Below are positions 38,134 to 50,938 of a stretch of 64,000 nt of DNA, in pieces. Positions within the stretch are counted from its first letter, which is position 1. Every line of letters starts with the position of its first letter. Location of the stretch: NCBI RefSeq assembly GCF_018350175.1, contig NC_058368.1, forward strand, positions 62,374,001-62,438,000. The letters are read 5' to 3'. Origin of the DNA: Felis catus. Lineage: Eukaryota. A program made the translations under genes and the position numbers. Below the pieces are notes generated by a model. That model ran no database searches. It was not told the origin of the DNA and saw only the letters and a program-made list of their open reading frames with translations.

Positions 38134-38919
38134 AACAATTTTTTATTATTAGACACTTTTATGATGATAAAAAGCCACAATATTATTATTTAAAATTTAT
38201 AGAGTTTTTCAAAGATGATTTTTAAATCATTTTTGAAGGTGGTTTTTTAATAGGTTTCTAAAAATATATGGCAAATCATAAAACTGAGTTAATCTGAATT
38301 TTCAAAATATCCAAATATTTTTCTCAACTCTGAGATTTGAAGGTTAGCTAAAGTACTTACCATACATTTTCAAAACAGTTAATTTTACAAATGAAATCCA
38401 ATTATATTTGGGATGCTGTTATCAGCTTTGAGATTTTTTCATGCCCTAACCACCAGTTTTGTAATTTAAACATTTGTCTAATTATTTATACTATATGTAA
38501 ATGGCATTATACAATATTTCTGAGCAAGAGTTCTATCAAAATGTGTGGATATTGGATATATCAGTAAATTACACTAGATACTATAAACTTTTGATATAAT
38601 TGCAATATATAAGGATTATTAACCCCATAATTAGCACATTTATATTTAATGTAAATGAATCAACTACCCATGCCCTTTATATCATTTTAGGATTCCTATA
38701 TGACTGTGATATTTTAAGTTGCTATGACATGTTAAATCTAATTATGTACTTTAAATACAAAAACTATGCATTTACAACTTCATATTTCTTAACTACGTTC
38801 CTCCTTTTGTTAAACATGTTACCTTGCTATTAGATCTATCATCATGCCATGTTTTTTTTTTTTTTTTTATCACATATTGGCTGAGGCCAAAGTAAAATTT
38901 AAAAATATAAAAATAGCCT

Positions 38920-39140
38920 GGGATGCCTGGGTGGCTCAGTCGGTTGAGCGTCCGACGTCAGCTCAGGTCATGGTCCAGCAGTTTATGAGTTTGAGCCCCG
39001 TGTCAAACTCTGTGCTAACAAACAGCTTGGAGCCTGGAGCCTGCTTCAGATTCTGTGTTCTCTCTCTCTCTCTCCCCATCCGCTGGCTCATGCTCTGCCT
39101 CTCTTGTCTCTCAAAAATAAATAAATGTGTAAAAATTTAT
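38920..39140 (+). mobile_element. CanSINE
   Basis: 16-bp TSD aaaaatataaaaatag at 38901-38916 and 39141-39156. Confidence 0.93.
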
Positions 39141-39999
39141 AAAAATATAAAAATAGTCAAATCATTTCCCTTTAGTATTCCTTATTGACTTCCCAATTCT
39201 CACCACATGGCTTACAAGGACTTTTAGAATTTTTACATCGCAGCTACTCTGATGAAATCTCATTTCATTAAGTACTCCACAACAATAACAAACTCCTGTT
39301 TTCTCTGTTTTGCATGTCCATGTGCCATGTTTATGGCTTAATATCTGTGTTTAATAATGTTTAATATCATAAACATGATATCTGGAGTTTTGCTTCTTTT
39401 ACACACTCTCAAATTTTTGGAGCCCATATTGTTCCTACCATATAGTATGTTACTTAGTCCCAGTGAGTGAGTGAGGACTAACAGATATCACTTCATTTAA
39501 ATATTTCTTTAAGATTTTTCTCATCAAAATTGTTTTCAGTTTACTGATTTCTCTTTCACACTCTACTGCATTCTTGTCATGGAACGGTATTAGATGAATT
39601 CTGTGATATAGAGCTATAGACTACAAAGGCAAAATATCAATCCTGATTTAATATTATAAAATGACATCAAGTATTTTTAGGAGAAATCTTTCAAAGAGAA
39701 AAAGAAATTTACAATGAAATATAACAGCCTGAACTGCTCGACATATCAGGTAAAAATATTGAAGCATCATTTTTTCCTCCCAGTTAATTGCTTGAGATTC
39801 CACCTGCTCCATTAACAGGAAATATAATATATCCCTTTTGGGCTATCAAGTCTTCAAAATATCTCAAGAATGCTAGGGGCTTATAATGTTATGAGAAGTG
39901 TCAGAATCTGGCTTTCAATTCTAAGTTGAGAGAAAACAGAAGCTTCATCAGGTTGATAATGCCATGGATTTTGAGAAAGAAATAGAAAGTCATGATGTT

Positions 40000-40435
40000 T
40001 TATTTTATTACTTTTACTGTTTGAAATGGGAACACTTTAAAAACAGATGTAAAAGTAAAGAGAATAACATAATGAGCATCCGTGTACCCAATTCTGTTGT
40101 GATTATCATCAGCAGTCTGCTGGGCTTATTTTATCTTCCCCTTTCTGGAGGAGGGAGGAAGCTAGAGGGTTTTAAAGTAAATTCAGGACATCAAGTCATT
40201 TCACTTAATATTTCACTAAATGTTTCATTTAAATGTTTCACTGTACATCTTTATTAGATAATGATTTTTATTAATGATTTTATTAATAATACTAGTATCA
40301 TACTTACTAATAGTAAAATTAACATAATATCACTACTTCCTATTCTATTTCAATATATTTCTGATTAACTAAAAAATACATTTTTACAACCAGTTTGTTC
40401 TAGTCAAGATCCAAATGAGATATGCTCATTAATGG
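40000..40435 (-). mobile_element. Ancient L1 (L1MC/ME-like) 3'UTR remnant
   Basis: aaaagtaaagagaataacataatgagcatccgtgtaccca, tttaaagtaaattcaggacatca, tttgttctagtcaagatccaaa. Confidence 0.5.
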
Positions 40436-40780
40436 TGTTGCCTTATGCTGTTACATATTAAAATTGTTGGCTATTGATCTAAAAATACTCCAGCTAAGCT
40501 ATACAACCAACCGTCCTCATACCAGTTGGCATCATGATCTATAAAATGCACCAGTAGTTCACTATCTCATAGACCAATAAACACTGCCCTTTTGCACTCT
40601 TGGATACCTTTCCTAAGGTCAGAACATCTTCCTTTTTGCATAATTCAGGTAAAAAGGTCCAATTTTATACTCTGTTGCCCATGTGACATGCTAATCTCAC
40701 TATATTTATCCTTCTACGTGCCTCAGAGAGATGTACCATTCTGAAAAAGACTTTGCAAATGATTCCTAAGTATTGCATAA

Positions 40781-41242
40781 TGTATCTATTAGATTTGGCA
40801 GCATAAAAAAGCACCTCAAATCTAATGGCTTAAAATAATAGCATTTTAAGCTATATTAAACTTATAATTAAGAGGGTTAACCACTTGAAGTGGGCTAAAT
40901 TGGTATTGACTGGGATCGCTCATGTGTCTGTATCACTCCACCCATCCAGACATTTGGACTTGGACCATTAGCTGGAGTGATAAGGAAAAATGAACTCTGT
41001 ATGTCTTTCCTTATATACAAAAGCTTGGGGTTCTTCACATGGTAGCAGTTGAAGATTTCCAAGGGAGGTAAAGTTCCATTGTGCAAACATTTTTCACCTT
41101 TCTGCTTGCATCATGTTAGCAAATGTTAGTCCATTGGTCAAAACAATCTACATGATCAAGCTCGGAATCGGTATAAGAGACTATCCAAAGGTCTAGGCTA
41201 GGTTAAATACATTGGAGAACAGTACTCCGATATTCTACCACA
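40781..41242 (-). mobile_element. Old MaLR LTR (MLT1G/H-like)
   Basis: cacctcaaatctaatggcttaaaataa...tctgcttgcatcatgtt...ccattggtcaaaacaatctacatgatcaagctc...ctaccaca. Confidence 0.65.
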
Positions 41243-42710
41243 TATTTCAACCCTTCCAAATAATTATTTTAGGTGTATTTTGGCACCTTCTTCAGCGGGG
41301 AAAAGGAAAACAATCCTATAAACTTAATTCTAGTTAAGTAATCCTCATAAAATGATCTGATTAAAATATAACTTTTTTGGAGAAAAATAATATCATAATG
41401 TTATATTCACAACCCTACTAATTTATCTGAGCTTATAACTAAATAACATTGGTAAAGTCCCTTGGTGGCTTAGCTTGGTTTCCTTTAAATAGGAAGACAT
41501 TAGATCTGTTTTTCTACATCAAAATGGCATTTTCAATTGCATCATCTCTACCAGATAACCACAAGACTCCAATCTGACAGGACTGTCTCTCAATACACAA
41601 CAATGGAAACTGACAATGAAGCCCTGGGAGACGGATACATTTCCAATAATGCACGGATTATTATTATTTATTATTTAAACATACCTATTTTCCCTCCACA
41701 GGGAAGTTTACAGCATTCGGTGAGGGGAAATAAAAAAAAAAAAAAAAGCTATTTTACTGTTTTTTTTTAAATGGTTATTTCTCCAAACTCGAAAAGTTTC
41801 ATGTCATTTTCAAGCACATTATTAAGAGAGGCAGAGCCAGATCAGATTCAAACTTTCCTCTCTCACAGCCAAATCTTCTGCAATTGAAAACGCCACGGTG
41901 ACAAAAGGAACTGCCAGGTAAGAATAAGCTATTCTGGCTGAGAGACTCTACCTCTCCCAATCATCCTGATGTTACCTGTGTTATTTCATAGGTGTCACAC
42001 TTAGATTAGATAGAAACACTACAATTAAATTGAAAACTAATCGCACCTCAGGGAGAATGTCAAGCTGGTATTATTTTTCAACGATCCTTATTGATTATTC
42101 GTGAGAACCTAATGTGAGGTTTCTAGTGTGGTATGAAGACTGTCATACGTGCCATGAGCTGAGCTGAGTGACATTATAAGCTTGATCAGGAAATTAAATA
42201 TCTTATATATGATAGGACAGAAAAATCACTATGACCAACATGCAGTTGGCTATGGGTCAACTTTTCTCTGTTTGGCCTCAATTATTAAAGCCAGTATCTA
42301 TCTCCCTGCATCCTGTGGGATTATGTTAGTTTATACACTCTTACAAGATCAGCTATTCTTCTAAAACACCATAAAAATACAATACAATCATTAGGAAAAA
42401 AGAACTAAAAATAATTTCTACTCTTATATTTAATGCTAAATTTCCTTACAATAATATTAAGGATCTCTTTGCAAAGTAAAGTTTCAATGTTTAGAGAGCA
42501 TAGAGCTAAATATTTGGAGTATATTCGTTCTATTCCTCAAAGTTAACAGCTTTAATTTAACAGCTATTTAAAAAACTAATTTTAGACTTACAAGAGATTT
42601 GCATAAGAATAGTACAGAGTTCCTGTATGTCCTTCACTCAGATATGCCTCTTTTAATATCTATCAATACTAAGAAATTCATCTTGAAACAATACTATTAA
42701 CTAAATGACA

Positions 42711-43346
42711 GAAAATAACAAGTGTCGGTGAGGATGTGAAGGAGTTGGACCCTCTGTGCACTCTGTGGATGTCTCACAAAAAATTAAAAGTAGAATTACC
42801 ATCTGATCCAGCAATCCTACATTTGGGTATTTATCCAAAAGAATTGAAAACAGGATCTCAAAAGAGACATTTGAAATTCCATGTCCATTAGAGCATTAAT
42901 CAGTATCCAAGAGGCAGAAACCACCTAAATGTCCACTGATGATGAGTAAGGAAAATGTGGCACATACATACACAGAGTATTATTCAGTCATAAAAAAAGA
43001 AGGGAAACCTGTCATATACTACAACATGGATGAACTTTGAGGAAATTTAACTAAATGAAATAAAGCAGTCACACAGAGATAAAATCTGTACGATTCCACC
43101 TCGATGACACATGTAAAGTAGTCAAGCTCATGGAAGCAGAAAGTAGAGTGGTGGTTTCCACGAGAGTGGGGTGTAGGAAATGGGCAGCTGCTGTTCCGTA
43201 GGTATGAGTTTCAGTCATACATATTGAAAAAGCCCTAGACATCTGCTCTTCAACATTGTGTTTGTAGTTAATATATATTCCACTCTTAAAAGTCTGCTAA
43301 GAGGATAGGTATCGTGTTACATGTTTTTCACCACATTTTAAAAAAT
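42711..43346 (+). mobile_element. L1MA/MB-like 3' fragment
   Basis: aataacaagtgtcggtgaggatgtg, aaaattaaaagtagaattaccatctgatccagcaatcc, acaacatggatgaactttgagg. Confidence 0.8.
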
Positions 43347-43496
43347 GTAGTATTTACATGTTGGTTTTGTTTCCAGTAAGACTTCTAAACACCTTTCTTG
43401 GTTCTTATAGCATATTATTAGGACTATCTTTTTAATACTTTTATATAGTTAGATATGCTATCCACAAATAGAAACAATTTTATTTTATCTTATTCA

Positions 43497-43859
43497 GTAA
43501 CTTATTGCCTTTGTATTGCTATGACAAAAATAGGATAAATTGGATTTCTTATAAACAACAATTTTTTCTCATAGTTCTGGAGACTGAAAGTCTAAGATCA
43601 AGGTGCTAACATGGTCCAGTTCCGGTTATGGCCCTCTTCTAGGTTGCAGACTGATGACTTCTTACTGTATCCTCACATGGTGAAAGGGGTGAGGGAGCTC
43701 CGTGGGATCTCTTCTACAACAGCAATAATCCCTTTCAAGAAGGCTTTACTCTCATGACCCAAACACCTCCCAAAGCCCCACTTCTTAATACCAATAGCTT
43801 GGGGATTCTGGGTTTCAACACATGAATTTGGGTGGGAGACAAATATTCAGTCCATAGCA
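43497..43859 (-). mobile_element. MLT1A-type MaLR LTR inserted in old L1
   Basis: ctcatagttctggagactgaaagtctaagatcaagg...ctgtatcctcacatgg...attcagtccatagca. Confidence 0.85.
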
Positions 43860-44800
43860 ACCAGTCTATATTCCATCTATCACTTGTGCACTGGTTAGGA
43901 ATTTCAAGTACAGTGAAGTGGAAAGAGAAGATAAGATTTGCCCTTATTCCAGAAATACTGGCAAGACATTTAGTCTTCCATCATTACATATGATGCTAGC
44001 TCAATGGTTTTTCATAGAGACCCAATATCAAGCAAAGAAAGTTTCCTTCTACTCCTGAATTGCTCTTTCTACATTACTGATTTCACCCATATTTTTTTCT
44101 TATTTAGTTTGTTATTTGGTGAAATATATTAATCAACTTCCAAATTATATCAGTGATACAGTCTTATATTCTTGAGGTAAACTTCTCCTTGGTCTTGACA
44201 TATTATTCTTTTTTTACATATTGTTTTGTTCAATTTGTTAATATTTTGTTGAGAATTTTTTCATCTATGTTCCTAAGTAATATTGGTTCAAGGTTTTGTT
44301 TTGCAGTATTTGTTTTTAATATTTAAAAAAAAATTGACCTTAAGAATGATTTGCAAAGTATTCCCTTCTTTCCTATTTTCTGAAAGAAACTGTAGAATTG
44401 GTATCATCTCTTCCTTATACTCAGTAGTAAAATTATCTGAGTCTAGGATTTACTTTTTTACAAAGTTTTTAAATAGAAATTCAATTTCTTTAATAGGTAT
44501 AGATAGGATTATTTTGGTTATCTATTTGTGAGATTATGTCTTTCAAGAAATCTGTCAATTGTATCTACATTTTTTAATTTCTGTGCATGGAGTTGTTTGT
44601 TTTATTTCCTTATTATCTATTTGATGTCTGTAAAGAATATAGCGCTATTCCTTGTTTTGTTTCTGATATCGGCAATTTGTATTTTCACTGTTTTACTCTT
44701 GATACGACTACCTTGAGACTTGTAAGTTTCATTGATTCTCCCAACAACTGAATCAGTGTTTGACTATCTTGATTTCCCTCCACCTTTTTTCTGCTTGCTC
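43860..44800 (-). mobile_element. Ancient L1 ORF2 remnant
   Basis: T-rich antisense-L1 motifs (tgatgctagc, gaaagtttccttctactcct, aatattttgttgagaattttttcatctatgttc). Confidence 0.65.
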
Positions 44801-46418
44801 TGGGTTATGAGTGAACATTTAACACTGTGAAAGAAGGCATTATTTTTGCCTTAAATTCCAAAAACGACTTGATTTCCTATCAGACCAACTCCTTGGAAAC
44901 AACTGGTTTAACTTAATAAATTAATTTATTTTTTTCAGTTTTAGGATGTGCTCCCTTGGTTGCTGACAAGGTTATAGTGACCTGCAGGTGCTTCTTTCCC
45001 AAATCTGGAGAAGAAAAGAGATGCCATTGTAAACTGACTTTCCATTATAATCCCCATTGTGTGAAAAGTGAGCTATATCTTTGCAAATCAAAAACATTTA
45101 GAGGCAGGACCTTTTCTATTAGTTAGTACCTGATGACAAAGCTTACTTTTGCATTACAATTATAGAATGTTCACAATTTTGCATTAAGCTACTAGCCTAT
45201 GATGTCTTTTCTATTTCTTCTATCCCTTGAATTAATTTAACAAACCAAAATTGTTAGTAGTTGTTCATAGATAAACTGGAGATGAAAATGTTGATGTGTT
45301 CAAAATTAATCATCTTCCTGAGAACAAACATGTTTACTCACTATGTCAAGTTTGCCATACCTCATTTTATGTTTAGGAAAGAAAAAAAAAAACAGTCCTC
45401 TTTTAAAGGGATGTTGATTAGGCTTATTTCTATTTTAACCATATAGGTCCAGACATAGGAGTTCTGGCTTTAACTGTGGTTATTCCCCCCAGTCTATCTA
45501 CATTATATCATTAATTACTGCTTCATATGACTAACAAAGTTTGACTTATAAAAAACACTTTGAACAATTCCCATATGCAGTTAACAATTCAATGTATAAT
45601 GCAAAATCCTAAGATACAAATAAATTTCATATTCCATGAAATTTCTGGGAAGGGAAGTCATAATCTTATGTGCATATATCAGATTACTCCCACTCTGAGG
45701 TTAAAAAATTATTGCCTAAAGCACTGTAAAATGATTTTTAAATGCTTGTAATATTCAATAAGAATAAAATATTTATATCCTATTATGAGGAAAACCATGT
45801 TTTAATATGAAGTATGATGTACTTACAGTAGTTATGGCCTATTAATTATTAAAAGTTTTAATATCATATATGAAAAACTTGGTGAATTGCTTTCCAATAT
45901 TTCAAGTGATTTAAAAATCAGTGTCTGTATCATTAATAAATTTTGGTATCCAGGTCATTACATTGCTTCTCCAACTTTCACTAATGCTTTAGGCATGGAT
46001 GTGAATGAATTGATGTCTAATACAACATGGTGTTCATTAATCATATTAAAGAAATTCCGGCAGATCCTTTATATGAAATATCCTAAAACTAATGCAGAGC
46101 TCAGTCTCCTCTTGGCAAGAGAGGCAAATTCTGGCCTTGAGATTTAAAATGTTTATGGCTTTATACCTGAATAGCTGTACAGTATATATAAAATGCAATT
46201 GTAATAATATATTTAGAAACACAAACAAAACTTCTATACATAAAATACAGGTAATATTTCTTATGTTAGTAAATGCACAACCATTGGTAATTATAAAACA
46301 GGAAACTATAACTGAAATTTACAGTAATCAACTTCTATGAAAAGTTTTCTTACATTATGAAGCCATTTAAATTTAATTTTTGAAGTTCGTATTCTAAAAG
46401 AAATAGTGAAAGTGATTT

Positions 46419-46607
46419 GGGGACACCTGGGTGGCTCAGTCAGTTGAGCGACCACTCATGATTTCAGCTCACGTCATGATCTTGTGGTTAGTGAGGTTGA
46501 GTCCCGCATCAGGCTCTGTTCTGATTGTGGGATTCTCTCTCTCACTTCCTCTCTGCCCTTGTCCCCTTCTCCTTGTTGTTTCAAAATAAATAAACTTTAA
46601 AAAAAAA
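46419..46607 (+). mobile_element. CanSINE (older, shortened)
   Basis: Head ggggacacctgggtggctcagtcagttgagcg, CT segment, A tail. Confidence 0.88.
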
Positions 46608-46741
46608 GGATTTCTTCTATCTTCTCTTAGAAAACGTGAATATATCAGGAAAAAATGTAAAACAGGAATCGAAGTTATACATCTAATTAAAACAAAATAT
46701 CTAAGACTGAATGACTGTTTAAGAGTGACTAAGTAGTGTCA

Positions 46742-46965
46742 GGGCGCCTGGGTGGCTCTGTCAGTAAAGTGTCTGACTTTAGCTTAGGTCACAATCTCAC
46801 AGTTCATGAGGTCAAGTCCTGCATTGCCCTCTGTGCTGACAGCTCAGAGCCTGGAGCCTGCTTCAGATTCTGTCTCCATCTCTCTCTGTCCTTCTCCCAC
46901 CTAATGTGCTGTCTCTGTCTCTCTCTCAAATATAAGTAAACATTTACAAAAATTAAGTAAAAAGA
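46742..46965 (+). mobile_element. CanSINE
   Basis: Flanking repeat agtagtgtca at 46732-46741 and 46969-46978. Confidence 0.9.
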
Positions 46966-48523
46966 GAGAGTAGTGTCAACTGGGGATAAGTTCATGTGAC
47001 ATATATGATGGCTCTCACAAATGAGATCAAAGACTACAGAACATAGGCAAATATTGCAAAAGCAGTACTGTAAGTTAAGTGACATCCTTTAAGAAAAAAT
47101 AGGACTTCCTTCTTTAGAACATAAAATAGAAACACAGATGCTGCTTGCAGGATCTATTCCACTCTTATTTTTACTGCTAAAATAATTCACCAACATTTAA
47201 AACTCTGTACTGAAGATTCCTGTTAGTCTAGATCATGGTTTGAAACTCCATACCAAAAAAACTTTCTGAAAATAGGTGTTCTAATTAAACAAACACCATT
47301 TTTGGATGAATAATGATAAAAAAAGAAACTCATGTAGGAGATACATAAAGATATTATGAGAAAAAAAATGAGAACGGAAAAGTAGAAGAATAAGAAAGAA
47401 ATAAAAGAATTTCACCAGAAAAATTTACCACAGAGCAACCAAAGTTGTGACTAAACAGATTTTCATGAAATAATAAAACAAGATCCCAAAGCAAAGTTTC
47501 ACAAACTCAAAAGACCTTGATGAAAAACAAAAAGTAAGGATATTATAGAGACATAGACTTCACTTTGAATGACATGGAAGACATTGGATAGTTATTGAAC
47601 AGAAATATAACACAATGTAACATATAATTTAAAGATATGTTTTCTGGATGTCATGTTGTGAACTGGATAAAAAGGGGAAAGAACGAAATCAAGGAGCGCA
47701 ATTAAGAACTATTACGAAACATGGAGGTAGCATGCACAAAAGGGGTAGGAGGAGACATGGTAGTTGCCAAGGATCCAAAAATAAATAAAACTTGGAAAAA
47801 TTCCTGCACTCATCAAGCATCCTCTCCAAACCAGGACACATGCAAAATATTTATGATATATGTACTATTTCATGGCAAGAATTGATATGGTGAAATAGGA
47901 TGCAAACAAGGAAAAGAGGAGTGTAGGTTGGTAATTCAAGCAACCACCTGAAAGAGCTATAAAAGCATTCCATGAGGACATCTGTGGAGAGAGCAGCCCC
48001 CATAACATAAACAGCAAATGGAGTCTCCAAGATTAAAGCATGACTGGCACGTTCAACAATGAGGCCAGCATGGCTGGAGCAAAGAAAAGTCAAAGTGAAC
48101 TGTAAAAATTTGGAGAGGGGTGTATACTCAAGAGCAAATTTTTGTTTGTTGTTTTCCTTTGTTTTGAGAGCGGAAAATTACATCATGTGTATGCTGACAG
48201 GAATGATTCTGAAAGGAGAAAAAAGTGATGATGCAGAAAGAGAGACAAGAATTTCTAGAGCCAAGAATTCCTCAGAAGTGTCAGTGGGATGAATATGGTG
48301 TGTAAGGAGAAGAAATGACTTGAGGAAAAACACCAACAGCTTCCTTGGAAGAGACTGCAACATTTACAGGCTCAGATGAGAGAAGTGGGTTGACAAGGGG
48401 AGATGGTGATAGAATTTCCCTAATGATTACTTCTATGAATGAGGAAAAGAGAGGAGGTGTTGAAAATTTGAAGAGAATAGGGAGGATATGAAATATTATA
48501 AGTGGTTGGTAAATGATCCAGAT

Positions 48524-48691
48524 TAGTAGTTTCAAACTTGGCTGCATACTGAAATCAACCGTGAAGCTTTGAAAAAACAGAATTGTGGAATTATGAAATT
48601 CTGATTTAATTGGTCTGGAATGTGTCTCACCATCACAATTTTAAAAGCATACTAAGTAATTTTAATGAACATACAAGGATGAGAATTACTG
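48524..48691. mobile_element. MER5A-like hAT-Charlie MITE
   Basis: tagtagtttcaaacttggctgcatactgaaatca...attctgatttaattggtctgg...tgagaattactg (degenerate TIRs). Confidence 0.75.
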
Positions 48692-48773
48692 GGCTAAGGA
48701 ATTGTGTTAAGTCTTACATATATCATCACACCATACCCAAGGGCCATCTAGAGGTAAATGGCTCCATATTTTT

Positions 48774-48988
48774 TTTTTAGTTTTTTTAATGTTTATTTAT
48801 TTTTCAGACAGAGAGAGACAGAGCATGAACGGGGGAGGGTCAGAGAGAGGGAGACACAGAATCCGAAACAGGCTCCAGGCTCTGAGCTATCAGCACAGAG
48901 CCTGACGCGGGGCTCGAACTCACGGACGGTGAGATCATGACTTGAGCCGAAGTTGGCCGCTTAACCAACTGAGCCACCCAGGCACCCC
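48774..48988 (-). mobile_element. SINEC_Fc-type SINE
   Basis: TSD ggctccatattttt at 48760-48773 and 48989-49002. Confidence 0.95.
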
Positions 48989-49209
48989 GGCTCCATATTT
49001 TTAAAGTAAGACTGGTCAGCATGTTTGTGTGTTTTTCCCTATTCTTCTGTTTTTTATTTTGTTGGTGCAGAGTAGGTCAAGAATGTATTGAACAAGCATG
49101 AGGCTTGCCTGGATTTGAATGAACAAAGGGAATAGAACAAAGCTAGTTTAACTATAATTAAGACTCATTAAGATCTAAAATGAGACAAAAAGAGATGAGG
49201 TAATGAGGG

Positions 49210-49582
49210 ATTTTATGGGTTGCACTGTGCCCCCACCCCCAAATTCATATGTTGAGGTCCTAATTTCCAGTACCTCAGAATGTGATCTTATTTGAAGGCA
49301 GGGTCTTCACAGAAGAAATTAAGCTAAAATGAGTTATTAAGGAATGTCCTAATGCGATGTGATCGGTGTCCCTATAAGAAGAGGAAATTTGGACACAGAT
49401 ACATACACAGGAAGAGCATGGCCATCTACCAAGAAGAGAGGACTGAAACAGATCCTTCTCTCACAGCCCTTAGAAGGAACTAATGCTGTGAACACTTTGT
49501 TCTTGGACTTCTAGCCTCCAGAACTGTGAGAAATAAAGTTCTGTTTTTAAAGACACCAGTTTGTGGTAACTTTTTTAATACA
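49210..49582 (+). mobile_element. MLT1B-like MaLR LTR
   Basis: aaattcatatgttgaggtcctaa...cagtacctcagaatgtga...ttggacttctagcctccagaactgtgagaaataaa. Confidence 0.85.
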
Positions 49583-50592
49583 AAGAGCATGAAATACACT
49601 GGAAAAATGTAAAATTCTGTGTTTTAGTGCAGTCCCAGAACCATCTGAGTAGAAATAGTATTGAAATAAAGGGATATAAGCAGAGGAGTAACTAAATTAT
49701 GTTTACAGATGAGTTGTTTCTTTGAGAAACGACAAGAACTAGGGAAGATGGCCATAGACAATCAATGATTGTGATGAAGTGGAAGACAATATCCCTAGAA
49801 AAGAGATTAAAATAAAATAGATATAGTATTGCAAAACTGAATTAAGAAATAACTAACTTCATCAATAATTATGACAGGACTAACTCTTGCAAATAGTGAT
49901 GTGTCAGCCAAGAGCTAGATTCTTTAAGGAATTAGAGTGGGCACTACCTAGCAGTAAAGGCTTATGCTATTCAGTGCTATGTGTTTTTTAGAGAAAAACA
50001 CAGAGAGAATGATCTCAATGTTATAAGAAGAGGTCCAGCTGGGATAAATCAGTTATCACTTGAGATATCTGCAAGGGATGCAGCATTTTAGGGAAAAATA
50101 CTGGCGTGAGAGCAAACTGAGAGGAAGCACTGAAAAGGTGAAAGTATGTATCTGTCAACTGATGATCACTTCTAGAGAGTACACTGAAAAGATTTCAGGG
50201 GCTAAAGGTGACAGAACATGGGATTAGAAAAGTGGATATACAGAGCTACATAGAGGTATGGAGTGTCGTCCCAAAATAACTCGAGAACCCTGGGTTCTGG
50301 TGGTGATTTATGAAAATAGACATTCAAGGTATAAATATGTTATTTCTGATTATATAAGCCAGAAAGTGGCATTAAGCTATCATTTCACAGTTTTATTATA
50401 TGTGATTTACACACACACATAATAAAATATATTACCTCGCTAGCATATTTTACAGACTATCTTTGCTTGTATACTTAAGCCTGGGTGGTGAGTTTCTGGT
50501 TAAACTGCTATCATAATTATATATATGTTATCTACATGGTTGAATATTTCTCAGTATGTGTTCATCATCAGAAATTACCAGAAATTAATATA

Positions 50593-50938
50593 CAGTTGAT
50601 CCTTGAAAACAATGGGTTTGAAATCTGTGGGTCCACTTAAATATGGAATTTCTTCAACAAACACAGTACAGTATTATAAAATGTATTTTCTCTTCCTTAT
50701 GCTTTGCGTAATAACATTTTCTTTTATCTGATTTATTTTATTATAAAAATGCAGTATATAATACATATAACATACAAAATATGCATTAATTGACAGTTTA
50801 TATTATCAGTAATATAAGCCTTCCAGTCAACAGTAAGCTATCAGTAGCTAGGTTTTGGGGAAATCAAAAGCTATCCACAAATTTTCGAATGCACGCGGGT
50901 CAGCATACCTAACTATCCCATTGTACAAGGGTTCACTA
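50593..50938 (+). mobile_element. Tigger2a-like non-autonomous DNA transposon
   Basis: TA|cagttgatccttgaa ... tacaagggttcacta|TA degenerate TIRs with TA target duplication. Confidence 0.8.

Larger units (their letters stand above)
47500..50350 (-). mobile_element. Fragmented L2 remnants hosting MER5, SINE and MLT1 insertions
   Basis: Purine-rich antisense-L2-like blocks (e.g. gaggccagcatggctggagca, tttctggatgtcatgttgtgaactgga); boundaries approximate. Confidence 0.45.
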
